A stretch of DNA of 63,915 nucleotides, counting the filler, from Octopus bimaculoides (taxonomy: Eukaryota): NCBI RefSeq assembly GCF_001194135.2. It is 5 parts of 5 records of this genome, joined end to end, with 100 filler letters (N's around TTAATTAATTAA, not from the genome) between each part and the next. Parts side by side here need not be neighbours in the genome. Positions count along the whole stretch, not along the records: positions 17,824 to 42,069 come from NC_068990.1; 4 more parts are not named here. The stretch is one strand, 5' to 3'. Positions 25,521 through 38,275 of the stretch are shown here, in pieces (position 1 is the stretch's first letter; each line of letters begins with the position of its first letter). The notes beneath the pieces are model-generated. The model was not told the origin of the DNA, did no database searches, and saw only the letters and a list, made by a program, of their open reading frames with translations. The translations under genes and the position numbers were made by a program.

Positions 25521-27231
25521 ATATATGTATGCACACACAAGAATATGTATCTATATAGATACATAGATATGTATGTGTGTGTACACACATATACATAAAC
25601 ATATATACACAAATATATAAAAAGACACACACACACATGCATGTATATATTATTTCTTTACATGTATATGCATACAGTAATTAATAAATAATTTTCAATC
25701 ATCAGTATTTTTATTGTAATATCATTTCATTAGAAGAGTAGACCTGTCTGTCAATGAAACTGAATGAGTATGGATTATATAAAGGACAGGGTTAGAAATA
25801 GACTGCAATGAGCATGCTTGTTGTCACTTGGTTTCCACAGTAACCAAATATAGCTCATTGAATATTTGCAAACATTGAAAGCTGTTGTTTCCTATTTATC
25901 AATAAATGTTCTAGCTGTTCTAGCTTCATTTGTAAATTTGGGATAAGTTAGAACCATAATGCACTGAACCAGAAATGTAATGTAAATACCAAAACACTTA
26001 ATTTTAAAATGATATACCTAATTTAAATAAAATATAATTTTGAGAATATGAATATTAAAAAGAACATACCTTGCATAAATGGTTGATGGGAGAAAAATAA
26101 TTACAGCAAAATTCTCTTAACATTGTCAAAATTAATGAAGTTAATTTGCATCTGCCACAAGTTTTATAAATGAAACAAAAAAATATTTGTGTTTGTAGAA
26201 TTATTATTTTTAGATCCATAAATTTGAAGTCTGTTATAAAATTAATGAAAAATACTATTTCCATAATCAATGAAAAATTTCTAAATTTTCTAGTTCCCAA
26301 TTTTCTTTAGCATCAATTTTCTATTTCAGAAAAATTAGCATATATATGTCACCATCTTAATTATACGGATGTATGAAGTGGATGCTAGTTTGATCCAACA
26401 CACAGATACAAAAAAATTAGCTGTTTTTCGGCTCAGACTTACACAACAATGTGTCTCACACATACATGATTTAATCAATTTATTTCTATTACTGCACATA
26501 CCAGCCATTTTAATACACTTACACGTCACATACACAGCATTGAATTGGCGCGAGTTGGCAACCTCACAAGCAAAATAACCCCAATGAAGGTCACACACTA
26601 AACAGAATTTTAGCCAATCGTCACCCTATATTTTTGAGTAACATAGGCAAAATAAAAATTGTATAAAATAAAGATTTCTGTAAGAAATTCAAAATTTGCC
26701 TGTTTGAATGGATTCACTTTAGACAAAAAAGCAATTCTTTCCTCTGTCTCAACCTCTTATATTTCTTAACAGTAATGGGTTAACAAGTTGTTAACCTGTT
26801 CCTGTAGGTATTTGCTAAAGACATTATTTGAACTATATTCTATTTAAACACAGATTTATTCTTTAGATATTGAACAAACAATGAACATTTATGCTTTTCT
26901 GAATACCTGTATATTATTTCCAAATGTTGTTCTATTGGCAAATTACTTTTTGGGGACTGATTCATTTCCACCTGCTATATACTTGCTTGTACTTTATCTT
27001 TATTGAATATTTAGCTGTGGATTTGCAGTAATCCAGCAGCTTTTTATCAATGTGATTAAGCAGTTTCAATAATAAAGAAAATCGTATTATTTCTCTACTG
27101 AAGTCTCCTTCTCAATTGAGTCCTCATTCTTTCTACAGTAAATATATACAAATTTATATGCAATGACAGCAAACATTTTATAGAAACCTTAAATCCTTCC
27201 AACTACTATAAAATAAACTTCTCTAAGTTAA

Positions 27232-28399
27232 CCCTTTCGTTACTATATTTTTGACCAAAATACACCCCTCATGAGTTTCAATTAAATTCTAAAATAATCA
27301 TGAATTTAGACTAGTCTCATTAAACACCTGTAATTTTTTTTATTTATCAACATATTAATGTGATATTTGGAACATAATTAAAGAAAGGGTTCTTAATCAA
27401 TTCTATTGCATAATTTTTGTCTGAAAGTTCTCCACGTACTGGGGTACTGCTAGTGTCTCTCACATGTAAATATTGGTTCAGCTTCACGAATCGTACTCGT
27501 TCATAATACTGGAAATATATTCATCGCCAAAAGGTTCCTGATCGCTCCAGTAATTTGTTATTCGGTACTACTAAAGCAGCGCGGACCCGAACGCGCAGTC
27601 GCGCGTCCGCGCTAGCTAGTCGTGAGTGGTCGNNNNNNNNNNNNNNNNNNNNNNNNNNNNNNNNNNNNNNNNNNNNNNNNNNNNNNNNNNNNNNNNNNNN
27701 NNNNNNNNNNNNNNNNNNNNNNNNNNNNNNNNNNNNNNNNNNNNNNNNNNNNNNNNNNNNNNNNNNNNNNNNNNNNNNNNNNNNNNNNNNNNNNNNNNNN
27801 NNNNNNNNNNNNNNNNNNNNNNNNNNNNNNNNNNNNNNNNNNNNNNNNNNNNNNNNNNNNNNNNNNNNNNNNNNNNNNNNNNNNNNNNNNNNNNNNNNNN
27901 NNNNNNNNNNNNNNNNNNNNNNNNNNNNNNNNNNNNNNNNNNNNNCTGGTGTAAAATCATCCTCGCTGTCGGCGTCGCTGCTTTCATTTTCGGATACAGA
28001 AATATCCGATTCATTATCGTTCACCACGTGCTTTTGTAGTTCATTCATTCTTTTCTTCGATATCTCCATATCTTCTGTTGAAAAACCTTCAAATTCGGAA
28101 TCACTGCTTGATAGCATGAAACTCCTCTCCATCTTCAAAGTTGAAAAAAATTAACGCCGCAAAAAATGTGGAAAAAAATCTTCCAAAATTCACTGAGTTC
28201 AAATATCACGCCAAACAATGTCGGAGACAATAACTCAACTGTTTGCAAAGTGAAATCAGGTGTTTTAACGAATGTACTAACGAGATTTGGGTTCAAATTT
28301 ACAGTTAAATAATGGGTACGCTCGGCTGGCTACGGCCGGGTTAGTCTTATGAACCAAAAAATTTTTCGGCTGGCTAAGGCTGGGTTAGTAACGAAAGGG
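27232..28399 (-). mobile_element. Internally deleted piggyBac element
   Basis: TTAA TSDs (27228-27231, 28400-28403); 13-bp TIRs ccctttcgttact / agtaacgaaaggg; subterminal ggctggcta.ggc.gggttagt repeats. Confidence 0.85.
27425..28138 (-). pseudogene. piggyBac (PGBD4-like) transposase 5' remnant, split by an N gap
   Basis: Acidic N-terminus SSSDSEFEGFSTED...; after the gap YWSDQEPFGDEYISSIMN.VRFVKLNQYLHVRDTSSTPVRGE (frameshifted). Confidence 0.8.
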
Positions 28400-30226
28400 T
28401 TAAAATTATAGTATTAAAAGTGCAATTGTTTCTATCCACTTACATTATTATTTTTCTTATGTTGAAAATGCTTGACACTATTGTTACTGTTAAATGATTC
28501 CAAGTTTGAGATTTACAATATTATACATAAAAAGGGTTAGTTTCTGTTACACTAAAATCTTGTTGGTTCAGCTATCTAGGTGTTGATCATTTACAGCATT
28601 TTTCAATACTTAATGTATGCAGCAATTGAAATCATTTTCCCAATATACCAGAACAGTAACATACATTAATTATGATTCATAGAAAAAATATCTGTTCAAA
28701 ACTTCCTTTCACATATTAGCATATATTACCTATAAAAAACACTGAGGTCAGTGGACTCAAAATATTATGGATTCAACCTTCACAATGCTAAGATCAATAA
28801 AACAACATAATAATATATAAGTAACAGTAAATCTACAACCAAACTTTAAAAGAAATAAAACTAAGAAAGGAATACTTAAATTGCAGTGTATCTACTAAAT
28901 ATATCTATTTTGAAAGGCTTCTCATTTACTGATCCATTTTAATAAACTGGCTGCTTTAGCTATACACAAAAAATGCTCTTGGATGATTAAGTGCAAAAAA
29001 ATCAATGACTTCTATAATAGATGCTAATGTAATGAATGAGAATGGAAAATACAGGTGTTAAAAATGCAGTGGTAGGTCTAAATACATAAACATTTGAGTA
29101 ATGTAGAATGTTAGGCAAAAACATTTATATCAGCCACACATATTCAGCTAAGTGAAGTACTATCAATATAAGCACATAAAAAGAAAATATATTAAGACCA
29201 TGCAAAAGTATACATGTTCACAATATCTAACAATTGCAGATTATTAGTGCAAAACATAGATACTTGTAGCAGCCACAAAATTACCAGTAACCAGTTCTAC
29301 AAGTATTAAACAAAAAATGCATTAAATATATTTGATTTCTATTCTTATAAAAAAAAAATTTCAATATTGTCTGCTTAATATAACTTTCAAAATATGTAGT
29401 TTGCACATGCACAAGCAGGTGTGTCTGTCATAATGTTTGTTTTTATGTTATAATAAAAACAATTTTACATTAATCATACTCTATACTTTTGTAGACTACA
29501 AATTTCTTATTCTTATACAAGAATGTTGTTGACAGTGACTTCAAAATTTCACCCAGTTAAGCCATCATCAATGATGGTTATTTATGGACCACTTTGTATA
29601 TGTATATGATATATGTGTACATATATTTATAAAGATATACACATAGATATACATACTTATACAAATACGCTAGACACATATTTACAAATATATGCACATA
29701 TATATATACATGCACATACATACACAGACATATGTATATATTGAAAAATATATATATTTATAAATGGCAACTTCATGAGTACTGGTGTCACAAAAATAGC
29801 ACCCAGTACACTTTTAAAATGATTGACATTATGAAAGACATTCAGCTTTAGAAACCATGCCAAAAGCTAAAACACTGGAGTATGATGTCATCCTCAAACC
29901 CAAGCTAGCATGTAGAGAGGAGTTAAATGATAATGATACACACACACACACACACACATTCTTTTATTCTTTTACTAGTTTCAGTCATTTGACTGCAGTC
30001 TATATGTGTGTGTGTGTGTGTGTGTGTGTATTTGTCCATATATGAGTGTATATGTGGCATGAGTGCCTGTATGTGCATATATATATATACATATATANNN
30101 NNNNNNNNNNNNNNNNNNNNNNNGTGTCTATTAAGACCTAAAAAGTTCTCAACTTGAAACATAGCAGCATACCAAAAATGTGAGCGGGCAAGACATCTAA
30201 AATCACCTAAAAAAATCATTATTAAA

Positions 30227-30285
30227 CAGGAACCAGGTTTCGGATTTAACAAATTCTTACCATTTGTCTATTCCTCATCAGCCTG
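30227..30285 (-). ncRNA. Minimal type-I hammerhead ribozyme with intact core
   Basis: cagg CUGAUGA gga-auagacaaau-gguaaga-auuuguuaaa-ucc GAAAC cug GU U ccug: stem I cagg:ccug, long stem II, stem III AC:GU, GUU cleavage triplet. Confidence 0.75.
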
Positions 30286-30570
30286 ATTTGTAATGTAGCA
30301 GCAATTATCAGAATCGTATACATAGTTGCCCACCGCCATGGGTGCGCGTGCATATGGTTCTGCTAATTACAGCTTATACTCATGTTCTCATTCTGAATAT
30401 ATTCGACGCAGTAAATAGTTTCTGCGGATATATTCCTGGAATTAGCGCGCCAAAATGAAGACTTTTGAACTTTACCATTGTGCCAAAATTTGAAACCAAT
30501 ATTAAACTGAAGAATTATTCAATACTTTTTGTAGAGTACATATTTATCAAATTTGTACAAGAAGAGCAAT

Positions 30571-30673
30571 GACAGTGACTTTGAAGTTTCATCCTGATAG
30601 CTTTCATCAGACTGTCCACTGAAGGCAAGTAGGTTGACGAAAACCAGCAGGTTGAAACTTCAAAGTTATTGCC
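30571..30673. mobile_element. ~100-bp MITE-like element; arm fragments also at ~17834, ~20342, ~29531
   Basis: gacagtgactttgaagtttca ... tgaaacttcaaagttattgcc. Confidence 0.65.
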
Positions 30674-30724
30674 ACCCCTCATCTTGTAAAAGTATAATAA
30701 ATATATATATATACACATATATAT

Positions 30725-31009
30725 AAGCTAAAAGGCTAGTTCTAAAATGTCTTTAAGAGATGATCACAATAATTGTACTAGTAAGTAATGTTCATAGCCA
30801 CTTCAACATGGCTGTTCCATTCCAGCAGAATTTACTGCAATGTTGTAACCCCAAGAGGACATCTCCTCTAGCTGGTTAACAATACACAGCTGCATCCGAT
30901 ATATTGTGAGCAGGGAACAAACCCCTACCACCTTCTAGTGATGGAACCCGTCTGGTTTCAGGCTATTTCTACCTCTCTTCAGTACTGGACACCTCATCTG
31001 GTAGAGATG
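30725..31009 (-). repeat. Tandem repeat unit A (hammerhead-like core at 30947-30988)
   Basis: Aligns by eye to 35448-35698; ends cctcatctg-g-tagagatg. Confidence 0.85.
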
Positions 31010-31135
31010 TATTCTTTATTATGATAATACAATATCAATACATAAAGGGGACAATACAGGACATTACAAACAAATAGTGTTTATGAGTTCGTTTTAATGA
31101 GATTTTAAAAATATGATGATTTATGTTAGATACAC

Positions 31136-34100
31136 TTAAAATTTTACACCTTGGCTGTGAAGAAAACCGGCTGCACCGTACTCCTTTACTATGGATGATG
31201 TTACGTAGGGCCATTCACTCCCGACTTTCTTTCCACATCCTTCCATCTTTTTCCATATACACTTTGCAACAGGCGTCTTTTCTCCAGCCCTATCTTGCTC
31301 TTCAGATGATATCTGAAGTAATATAGCAAACCAGAGCTGGAGATGAATGTTCCCACTGCGACTTCTTTCATTCTGGTTTTCCATATGCACTCTTTCAATA
31401 CATGCCTCAACTTCCTTTGATAGTCCGGGTGGAAGTGTGATCTTAATCATGCACTCAGCCAATAGCTGTACTCTTCTTAGATGCAACAGCATGTGTTCTG
31501 CATAAATTATCAAGCCCAAAAGCTCCGGGCACTGTACAAGGGCATGCAGAACAGTTTCATCATCCTGCCTGCACCTTAGGCATGGTGGCACAGACATCCC
31601 ATGCCTAGACAGTTTATCACGAACAGATAAAGCACTCTTATAGCACTGCCAGGTCAGGGATTTCTGGTAGTTATTCAGGTACCCTGACCTGAAAGTTCTT
31701 TGAAACAGGTTGGCTAGCTGGCCCTCACTGAGCCCCAGAGCTTCTCTTAGGACATCATCCCTCTTGAACTCTACCAGCCCACTACAGAGTATTGAGGTGG
31801 TACTCCCACTGCCAGTCTTGCTCGCCTTGTGGATTAGCACAAGTGCCCATTGGCACTCTTTTTGTCATTCAGTCAAGTTTCATCTTTTTATGAAATTGGG
31901 TTTGAATTCCTCCAAGGAGGCCCATCGTAGAAAGAATGTCTCCACCAGCAGATTCCACACCTGGTCATCCTCCAGGTAGAGCAAGAGGTGCCTCAGTCTC
32001 AGCGTGTGTTTGCACATCATCAGCCATGGCATCCCTAGCTCACCCTTTCGTGGTTTTTGGCAGCTGACAGAGTGCCTCACAAGTGATTTTCCTCCCCTCC
32101 ACAAAGAGCGGAGGAGAAGGTGTTCCAACTTGTTTAACATGAATCAGAGCAAGGAACAACAGTCAGATGGTAGGTGATAACAGATGCAATATACACCTGC
32201 ACCACCTCCGCTCTCCCCTTCAAGGATAGTGTCCTTCCAGACCAGGTCTGGATTAAGGCCGCCACCCTGTCTGCCACCTCACTCCAATTCTTTTCCATCT
32301 AGGAATTTGGTCCAAACCAGACTCCAAGCAACTTAACAGGACCTTCCGTTCAGTGTCGTGGGACACGGGACAGTATCATCTTGCCACTCCAGGTGCTGAG
32401 CCACAAGCCGATGGACTTGTCCTTGTTAATTTTAACCCCTGCCACCGCCTCGTATCCTTTGATTGCATCCTCTACACAAGGTAGCTGAGCTTCATCAGAT
32501 ACGGTGATGGTGACATCATTCAAATATGCAGAAATAAATTTACCACCTTCCAATTCATTGGGTATGCCCCCCAAACTCTCCAACCTCTGCAGCAATGGCT
32601 CAAGAGCTAGTACATACAGAAGTAGAGACAGGGGGCACCCCTGATGAACCGAGCGTTCAATTCTAAAAGGCACCGACAGGTAACCATTTATCTGAACTGT
32701 AGATGTGAGGCCGCCATAAATGGCAGTGATCCAACCACGGAAGTCCGGGCCCAGCCCAGCTGCCTCGAGGACTGTTGCCAGGTACTGGTAGTCTACCTTA
32801 TCAAAAGCTTTACTCTGGTCTAGATGGACCAGTGCCCCACCTTTACCAGATAACTTACCCACCCTGTCTAGGGTGTAGTACAGGAAATGGAGATTGTCCT
32901 GGATTGACCTACCTGGGATGGCGCATGTCTGCGCCCTCCCAATAAGTTTCTCCACAACACGCGCCAACCTCTTAGCTAGCACCTTGGTCAAAATCTTTAA
33001 CTCTACATTAAGTAGAGTTATGGACCTAAAATTACTGATATGGTCCCTCTTGCTCAGATCTTTTCTGATCAGTGTCACCACTCCCAGACTCACAGAGCTG
33101 GGAATCCTCCCATTCTGCTGCCAGTTTGTGTAGATGCAGGCCAGCATGTGCCCGAACAATTCCAGCATACTACAATAAAATCCATAGGGCAGACCATCCA
33201 GCCCCGGCAATTTGTCCCTGGTGCACTCAGCCAGCATCTCTTCAACCTCCATAGCTGTAATCGACCCTTCACAGCATTCCGCCTCCCACTTCAAGAGTCG
33301 TGGCCCACTGGCAAGGAAGTTCTTTAGGGGCTCCCCACGGTCCAGCCCACCACTCTCCATGAACAACCGGGCGAAATGCTGGTGAAAAGCCTTTAGTATC
33401 TCCTCCTGTCCTTCCATCGAACGCCCCTGTTCGTCTATTAAAGATTTGATAGAGGCTTCTCTGCCCCTCTGACACTCCACACAACATGCCTATCCAGCAA
33501 CGTTAATACCTTCTCTCCCCACTGCACGAAGTTTAGCTCTGACTCTACACCCATCGTGTTTGGCTTTGAGATGACGGTAAAAAAACCGTTTTCACTGCCA
33601 CCACTCTGGATGCAGAGCCAGATTCCATGGCCTCATCTAATTCCTTAATTAAAGTCCCTTCTATTCTAGTCTTATCTAGACTTAACTGTTTGCTAAATCT
33701 AATAGACTCAGAACAAATGGCTCATTTGAGGACACACTACCACCTATTATTGATAATAGTGCCGGTTAATGTCCTCTGCACTAACTCCTTACACCAGGCA
33801 CGGAAGGTTTACAAGTCAAAATAGACTTGTTCATCTTCCAGTACTCTGGTCCCTGCCTATGACACTTAACTAGGTACACCCTACACATCACAAACTTGTG
33901 ATCCGTGTAGGGGACACAACAAAAGCATGGACAACTAAACATACCCCTATCTTTATCTCTAACAAACATCCTATCTATATTAAATCTGAGTGAACAGTCG
34001 TTATTAGACCATGTTCACTGTGGAACAAGCGGTTCATCCAGTCTATACCGGCCTACTTGATTATAGCTCTCTAGTACCCTTTTGAAGCCAGGACTTCCCC

Positions 34101-34570
34101 TTCTATCGCTTGAGCCAACACTATCCACTTGTGTGTTGAGAATAGTGTTAAAGTCTCCTAGTACAACTAGAGTTTTTGACGTCACTAAGAAACTCTCCAG
34201 GTCCTGGTAAAAACCAACCTGCCTACACTGTTTTGGTGCATAGACAGCTATCAACCTGAAGGACTGTTTACTTACGTGTGTTACATCCAAAACAACCAGC
34301 CTACCTTCTGGATCCAGAAAGACTGTACTTAACTGCACATCTAAGTTTTTCCTGAAAAAGACCACCACGCCTCCCCCATCCCCACCAACTAGGAGAAATA
34401 AATTTCTTGTAGCCATTTAGAAAGGGCAAGAACACATGTGGTCTACTCAGCTTGGACTCCATTACAGCACACACATCTATATCTAATGACCTAAGGTCGT
34501 TCAGGAGGCAAGTTTGTTTCTATTTCGACCCTAGGCCATGCGCATTTATGCACCCTAGCTTAATCTCCAT
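31136..34570 (-). pseudogene. LINE ORF2 pseudogene (largest open piece 32350-33480, RT)
   Basis: Collinear EN-RT-zf motifs broken by stops and frameshifts. Confidence 0.92.
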
Positions 34571-34893
34571 AGTAAATCGTACTTACATTTTTAGTTTGGG
34601 GAGGGGCTGCACGAATTCAGCTTCCTCCCCATCCTTTTTCTTCTCTGGTGTAGCCGCTGGACTCACCATAAAACTTTTGCTGGCCATCTCTTGGCTCACA
34701 TCCTTGATGTCTTCGGAGTACCTACTTTTCAATTCTGTAAATAAGCCCACCTCCATCCTAGCAATCCTGATGTGAGGCAGCAAATCTTTACTAGCTTTGT
34801 ATACTTGAGCCTTATAGTGAGCTCAAGTAATTCTGGAGAGTGGTGGGTTGTTGTAATTAAATGACCCAATTTTGTTCTGTGTCTTGGGGTGGG

Positions 34894-34993
34894 ATTCATT
34901 GAACCAAATTAATACATAGTTGTTGTGCAACCCCATAGTATTCTGATCAATTAATTCTAATTTATGCCTAGTATTATACCTAGTATAATATAA

Positions 34994-35024
<31 letters not shown>

Positions 35025-35138
35025 ATTTACATTTTGCTTTACCACAAATCCTTGCTTATTCTCTTCCTATATGGTGAACAAAGCTATTTCCCTCATACTT
35101 TTGGTTCTATTTCCCCCTTTTTTTTTCTCTAAATTTTG
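34894..35138. repeat. ~240-bp inverted duplicate of 38276-38511, inserted in LINE ORF1
   Basis: Near identical by eye; differences are (TG)n length, one 1-bp indel and one substitution. Confidence 0.92.
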
Positions 35139-35375
35139 TTTTTGTTGTTTTCTTTGTATGGGGTGGCGAGTCTGGGGCTGGAGCCTTTTTCCTTTTTTGG
35201 GGATTTTACAGTGGTAAATTCCATCTCTTTGCCTTCTTCTGTATTTTGTATTAATTCTTGCGTCTTGTCTTGTCTTGTTTGTTTGGCTTCTTCCGCAGTT
35301 TTTGTTGGCTTTCCCGTTTGCTTTTCTTTCTCACAAACACGATACGCAGCAACCAAAAAAAAACATGAGTCTACT

Positions 35376-35737
35376 AGAGATGGCAGTAGCTCACCTCTGC
35401 TCACAATATATATAAATTCAAGTAACACACAGTCACTGATTTTGCAACAAGCTAAAAAACTAGTTCTAAAATTTCTCTCAGAGATGATCACAGTAGTTGT
35501 ACTAGCAAGTAATGTTCATAGCCACTTCAACATGGCTGTTCTGTCCTATAGCTAGTTAACAATGCACAGTTGCATCCAACATATTGCAAGCAGAGGAATG
35601 AACCCCTACCACCTTCTAGTGACAGGAACAGCATACCAGTCTGGTTTGAGGCTGTTTTTGCCTCTCTTCAGTACTGGACACCTCATCTGCTAAAGATGGC
35701 AGTAGCTCACCACTGCTAACAATATATATAAATTCAC
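35376..35737 (-). repeat. Tandem repeat unit B (315 bp) plus the start of unit C (35691-35737); hammerhead-like core at 35636-35677
   Basis: tagagatggcagtagctcacc...aatatatataaattca recurs at 35376 and 35691. Confidence 0.88.
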
Positions 35738-36504
35738 AAACAGAGGCATTCAGCATTGCCAGAGTGGCAATATGTAGGATTTTGGGGTTTTTTTTTTTAA
35801 CTTAAACAACTTATAACAAGTTTTAATATACTGCATTTTGTGTACAATTATTTTTGCACATATTTTCATTGTAATGCTGATATATGTGTCCAATGCCAAA
35901 TATTTTTTGCAGACTTCTTTGATGCATGAAGCCTTTAAGATAATGTTGACTGATAAGTGTAATTTTCTGACTTAAATACTATCTTTATGTATTATTTTAT
36001 ATACTTTCTTGCAATTTTAAATTGATGTACAACACATAAAACATAAGTAATATAAATGTGTTTTATTCAGCAAGAGCTCTGGAGTTGGCATCATTTCTTT
36101 TTCCGTGGTTTGATGCTCTGATGAAAAGGTACCTGCTTGCTCTAGCATATAAGCATGCAACATAGAGCTAGCTTTGAGAGAAACATGGACTTGTCAGTTC
36201 AACCCTGTGTGACTGTCTCAGAAAAAAAGACAATGTTGATGGAAACTGAAGACAGTTGAATTGAAATGGTATAGCTGATGGGTTAAGGGGAAATTATGGA
36301 AAGAAAATATCTCCTCTGGTGAAATCAGTCATAATAGTGACTTCAATCACATATGTTATTGTCTTGTATCATTATAGACGTTTGGTACATCAAAATTTTT
36401 ATAGCACATTACAGTTTCAGATTGAGAAGAAGAACACCAATGGACTGAAAAGAACTGAGATATCATGTTGGACAGTCAGCAGTATCGTTAACATCAACTA
36501 CAAT

Positions 36505-36566
36505 TTAACACACTCACCAATAAAATTTCCACTTATAAGTGGAAATTTTACCAGTGAGTGCGTTAA
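36505..36566. mobile_element. 54-bp palindromic mini-element between TTAA sites
   Basis: TTAA-cacactcacc..taaaatttccacttataagtggaaatttta..agtgagtgcg-TTAA; central 30-bp perfect palindrome. Confidence 0.6.
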
Positions 36567-38275
36567 ATTATAAGGCACCAAAAGAGAATTACTCTCCCCA
36601 GACACAACTGAATATATATATATATACACATATATAGGGTTGCCATAAGTGAACAGATAGTGAGACCAAAGATTTGTAGCAAATTTGAAATTTTTTATAT
36701 GTTCGTATGTACAGGTGTGATAACAACATTTTCTGATATGCGTAGTAATTCTAGGTATTGTCTAATGAAATTTCTTTTATTGAAGATGTTTTCAAATTAC
36801 CCAAGTCTAGTTTGTATATGTGAATGTATATGTGAATGATGTTATCCTTTACAGAGGAGTGTTTGCTTTTAGAGGTGATAACAAGTAGGTCACTAATGTA
36901 CAAAAGGAAATATGTAGGTAACAGCTTTGGGCTATACCAGAGTCAATAGGGTCTGGGTTGAAAATAACTCCACCAACACACACTGCAATGCACAAATACA
37001 GTTGACAGCTATACTATCTGAAGTCAAAAAGATTGGTTTTTCTGAATGACATATATAGAAGTTTACAGCAAATTCCTTAACAGCAACACTGCTCATACCC
37101 AGTGGAGTGAAAGATCCAAACCAAAGAAGCCCTCAATATTATCACAACACTGTTGTTAGTTCCAATCAAGATCTACAACTAACTTTCTAGATGGTGTCTA
37201 TTTGTAGATTAATTTGCAACTGTGATCCTGCCAATTTGCTTTCAAAAGAGATAGGTTAGATGTATGAAAAACAACCATTTTTGATCTTTTTAACATACAA
37301 GATTGTAAGTTAAATGTGTATACAGAGAGTATATAATAAAAATGAATGATGCAAATTAAATGAACAAATGACATGACTTTGTAAAAATAAAAATAATAGT
37401 AACTAAAATGAAAGCTGCCAAACCTAATTAAAAGTGACCTCAATGATCTGAAACTAGCAGAGAAACCTAAAGAAAGATGAAATAGAAAAAGAGTTAATCT
37501 TCTTCCAAAGCTATATCAACATAGAATAGTGGTTAATAGAAGTAATATGAAAATACAAGCTAATTGACACTTATATTACAAACATTAAATGTACTTTGTA
37601 AAATCAATATTTTGCACAAGAAAATTTATCTTTCTTACTTCTTTAAACTATTCTTTCCAAAACAAGTAAAGAAACTTTCATGTGGAATTCATTCTAATAA
37701 TATGGCTAAAACTCAGAGCAGGCATCTGTTCTTTATCTTAAAGTCTTAAACCATCTATTAAGTAATCAATAAAGATAGCTAGCTTTCCAATAAAGAAAAT
37801 GCAGAAATAAATATAAAAAAAAGATGTTCAACACTTTATCAGAAATAGAAAATACCAGCTATAATACAATAGTCAAAACTAATCATGAAACTTGCTAAAA
37901 TATCCCCCAGCTTTGTAACATCTTATTAATTAAACTCACTTTCCTTCAATGGAAATATATCAAATTCTGTTTTCATTAATTCACATAATTTAGGTTCATG
38001 TGTGGTTTTAACCCTCTTAGATATTACTGAGGATTATTACTTATTACTACTTTATTACTAGTAAAAATCATAATAAAAGCAGCTAAGGAGGATAAGATGC
38101 AAAAGGAGTAACAAACACATCATTGAAATTTAGGTCAAGACAGAAATTAAAGAGTAACTCTCTTCTCTTCCTCAGTCCTCAAAGATATCACAGACCTTCA
38201 GAACTGTAAGTTATGAGAAATTCTGTATACCAACAACCTTTTTCTTGGTAGAATTTGTTAAATAAATCAGCAGTT

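Larger units (their letters stand above)
31010..35375 (-). mobile_element. Decayed Tx1/L1-group LINE (ORF1 remnant, APE endonuclease, RT, zf-RVT), 4.37 kb, with an 8-bp TSD
   Basis: TAGAGATG at 31002-31009 and 35376-35383; AATAAA just before the 3' end; ORF2 start MEIKLGCINAHGL at 34570; GDFN, LDQSKAFD, QGCPLS, YLND (decayed YADD), CLRC..ETVLHALVQC. Confidence 0.95.

Noticed and set aside
32350-33480. Active RT gene or a retron/DGR-type prokaryotic system
   Set aside because: The catalytic motif reads YLND and it is part of a stop-ridden eukaryotic APE-RT LINE.
38176-38205. Plus-strand 30-nt microexon (ctcttcctcag / CT|gtaagt; LKDITDLQN)
   Set aside because: It opposes the regional strand skew and has no partner exons; plausible by chance. 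The same applies to 36071-36128.
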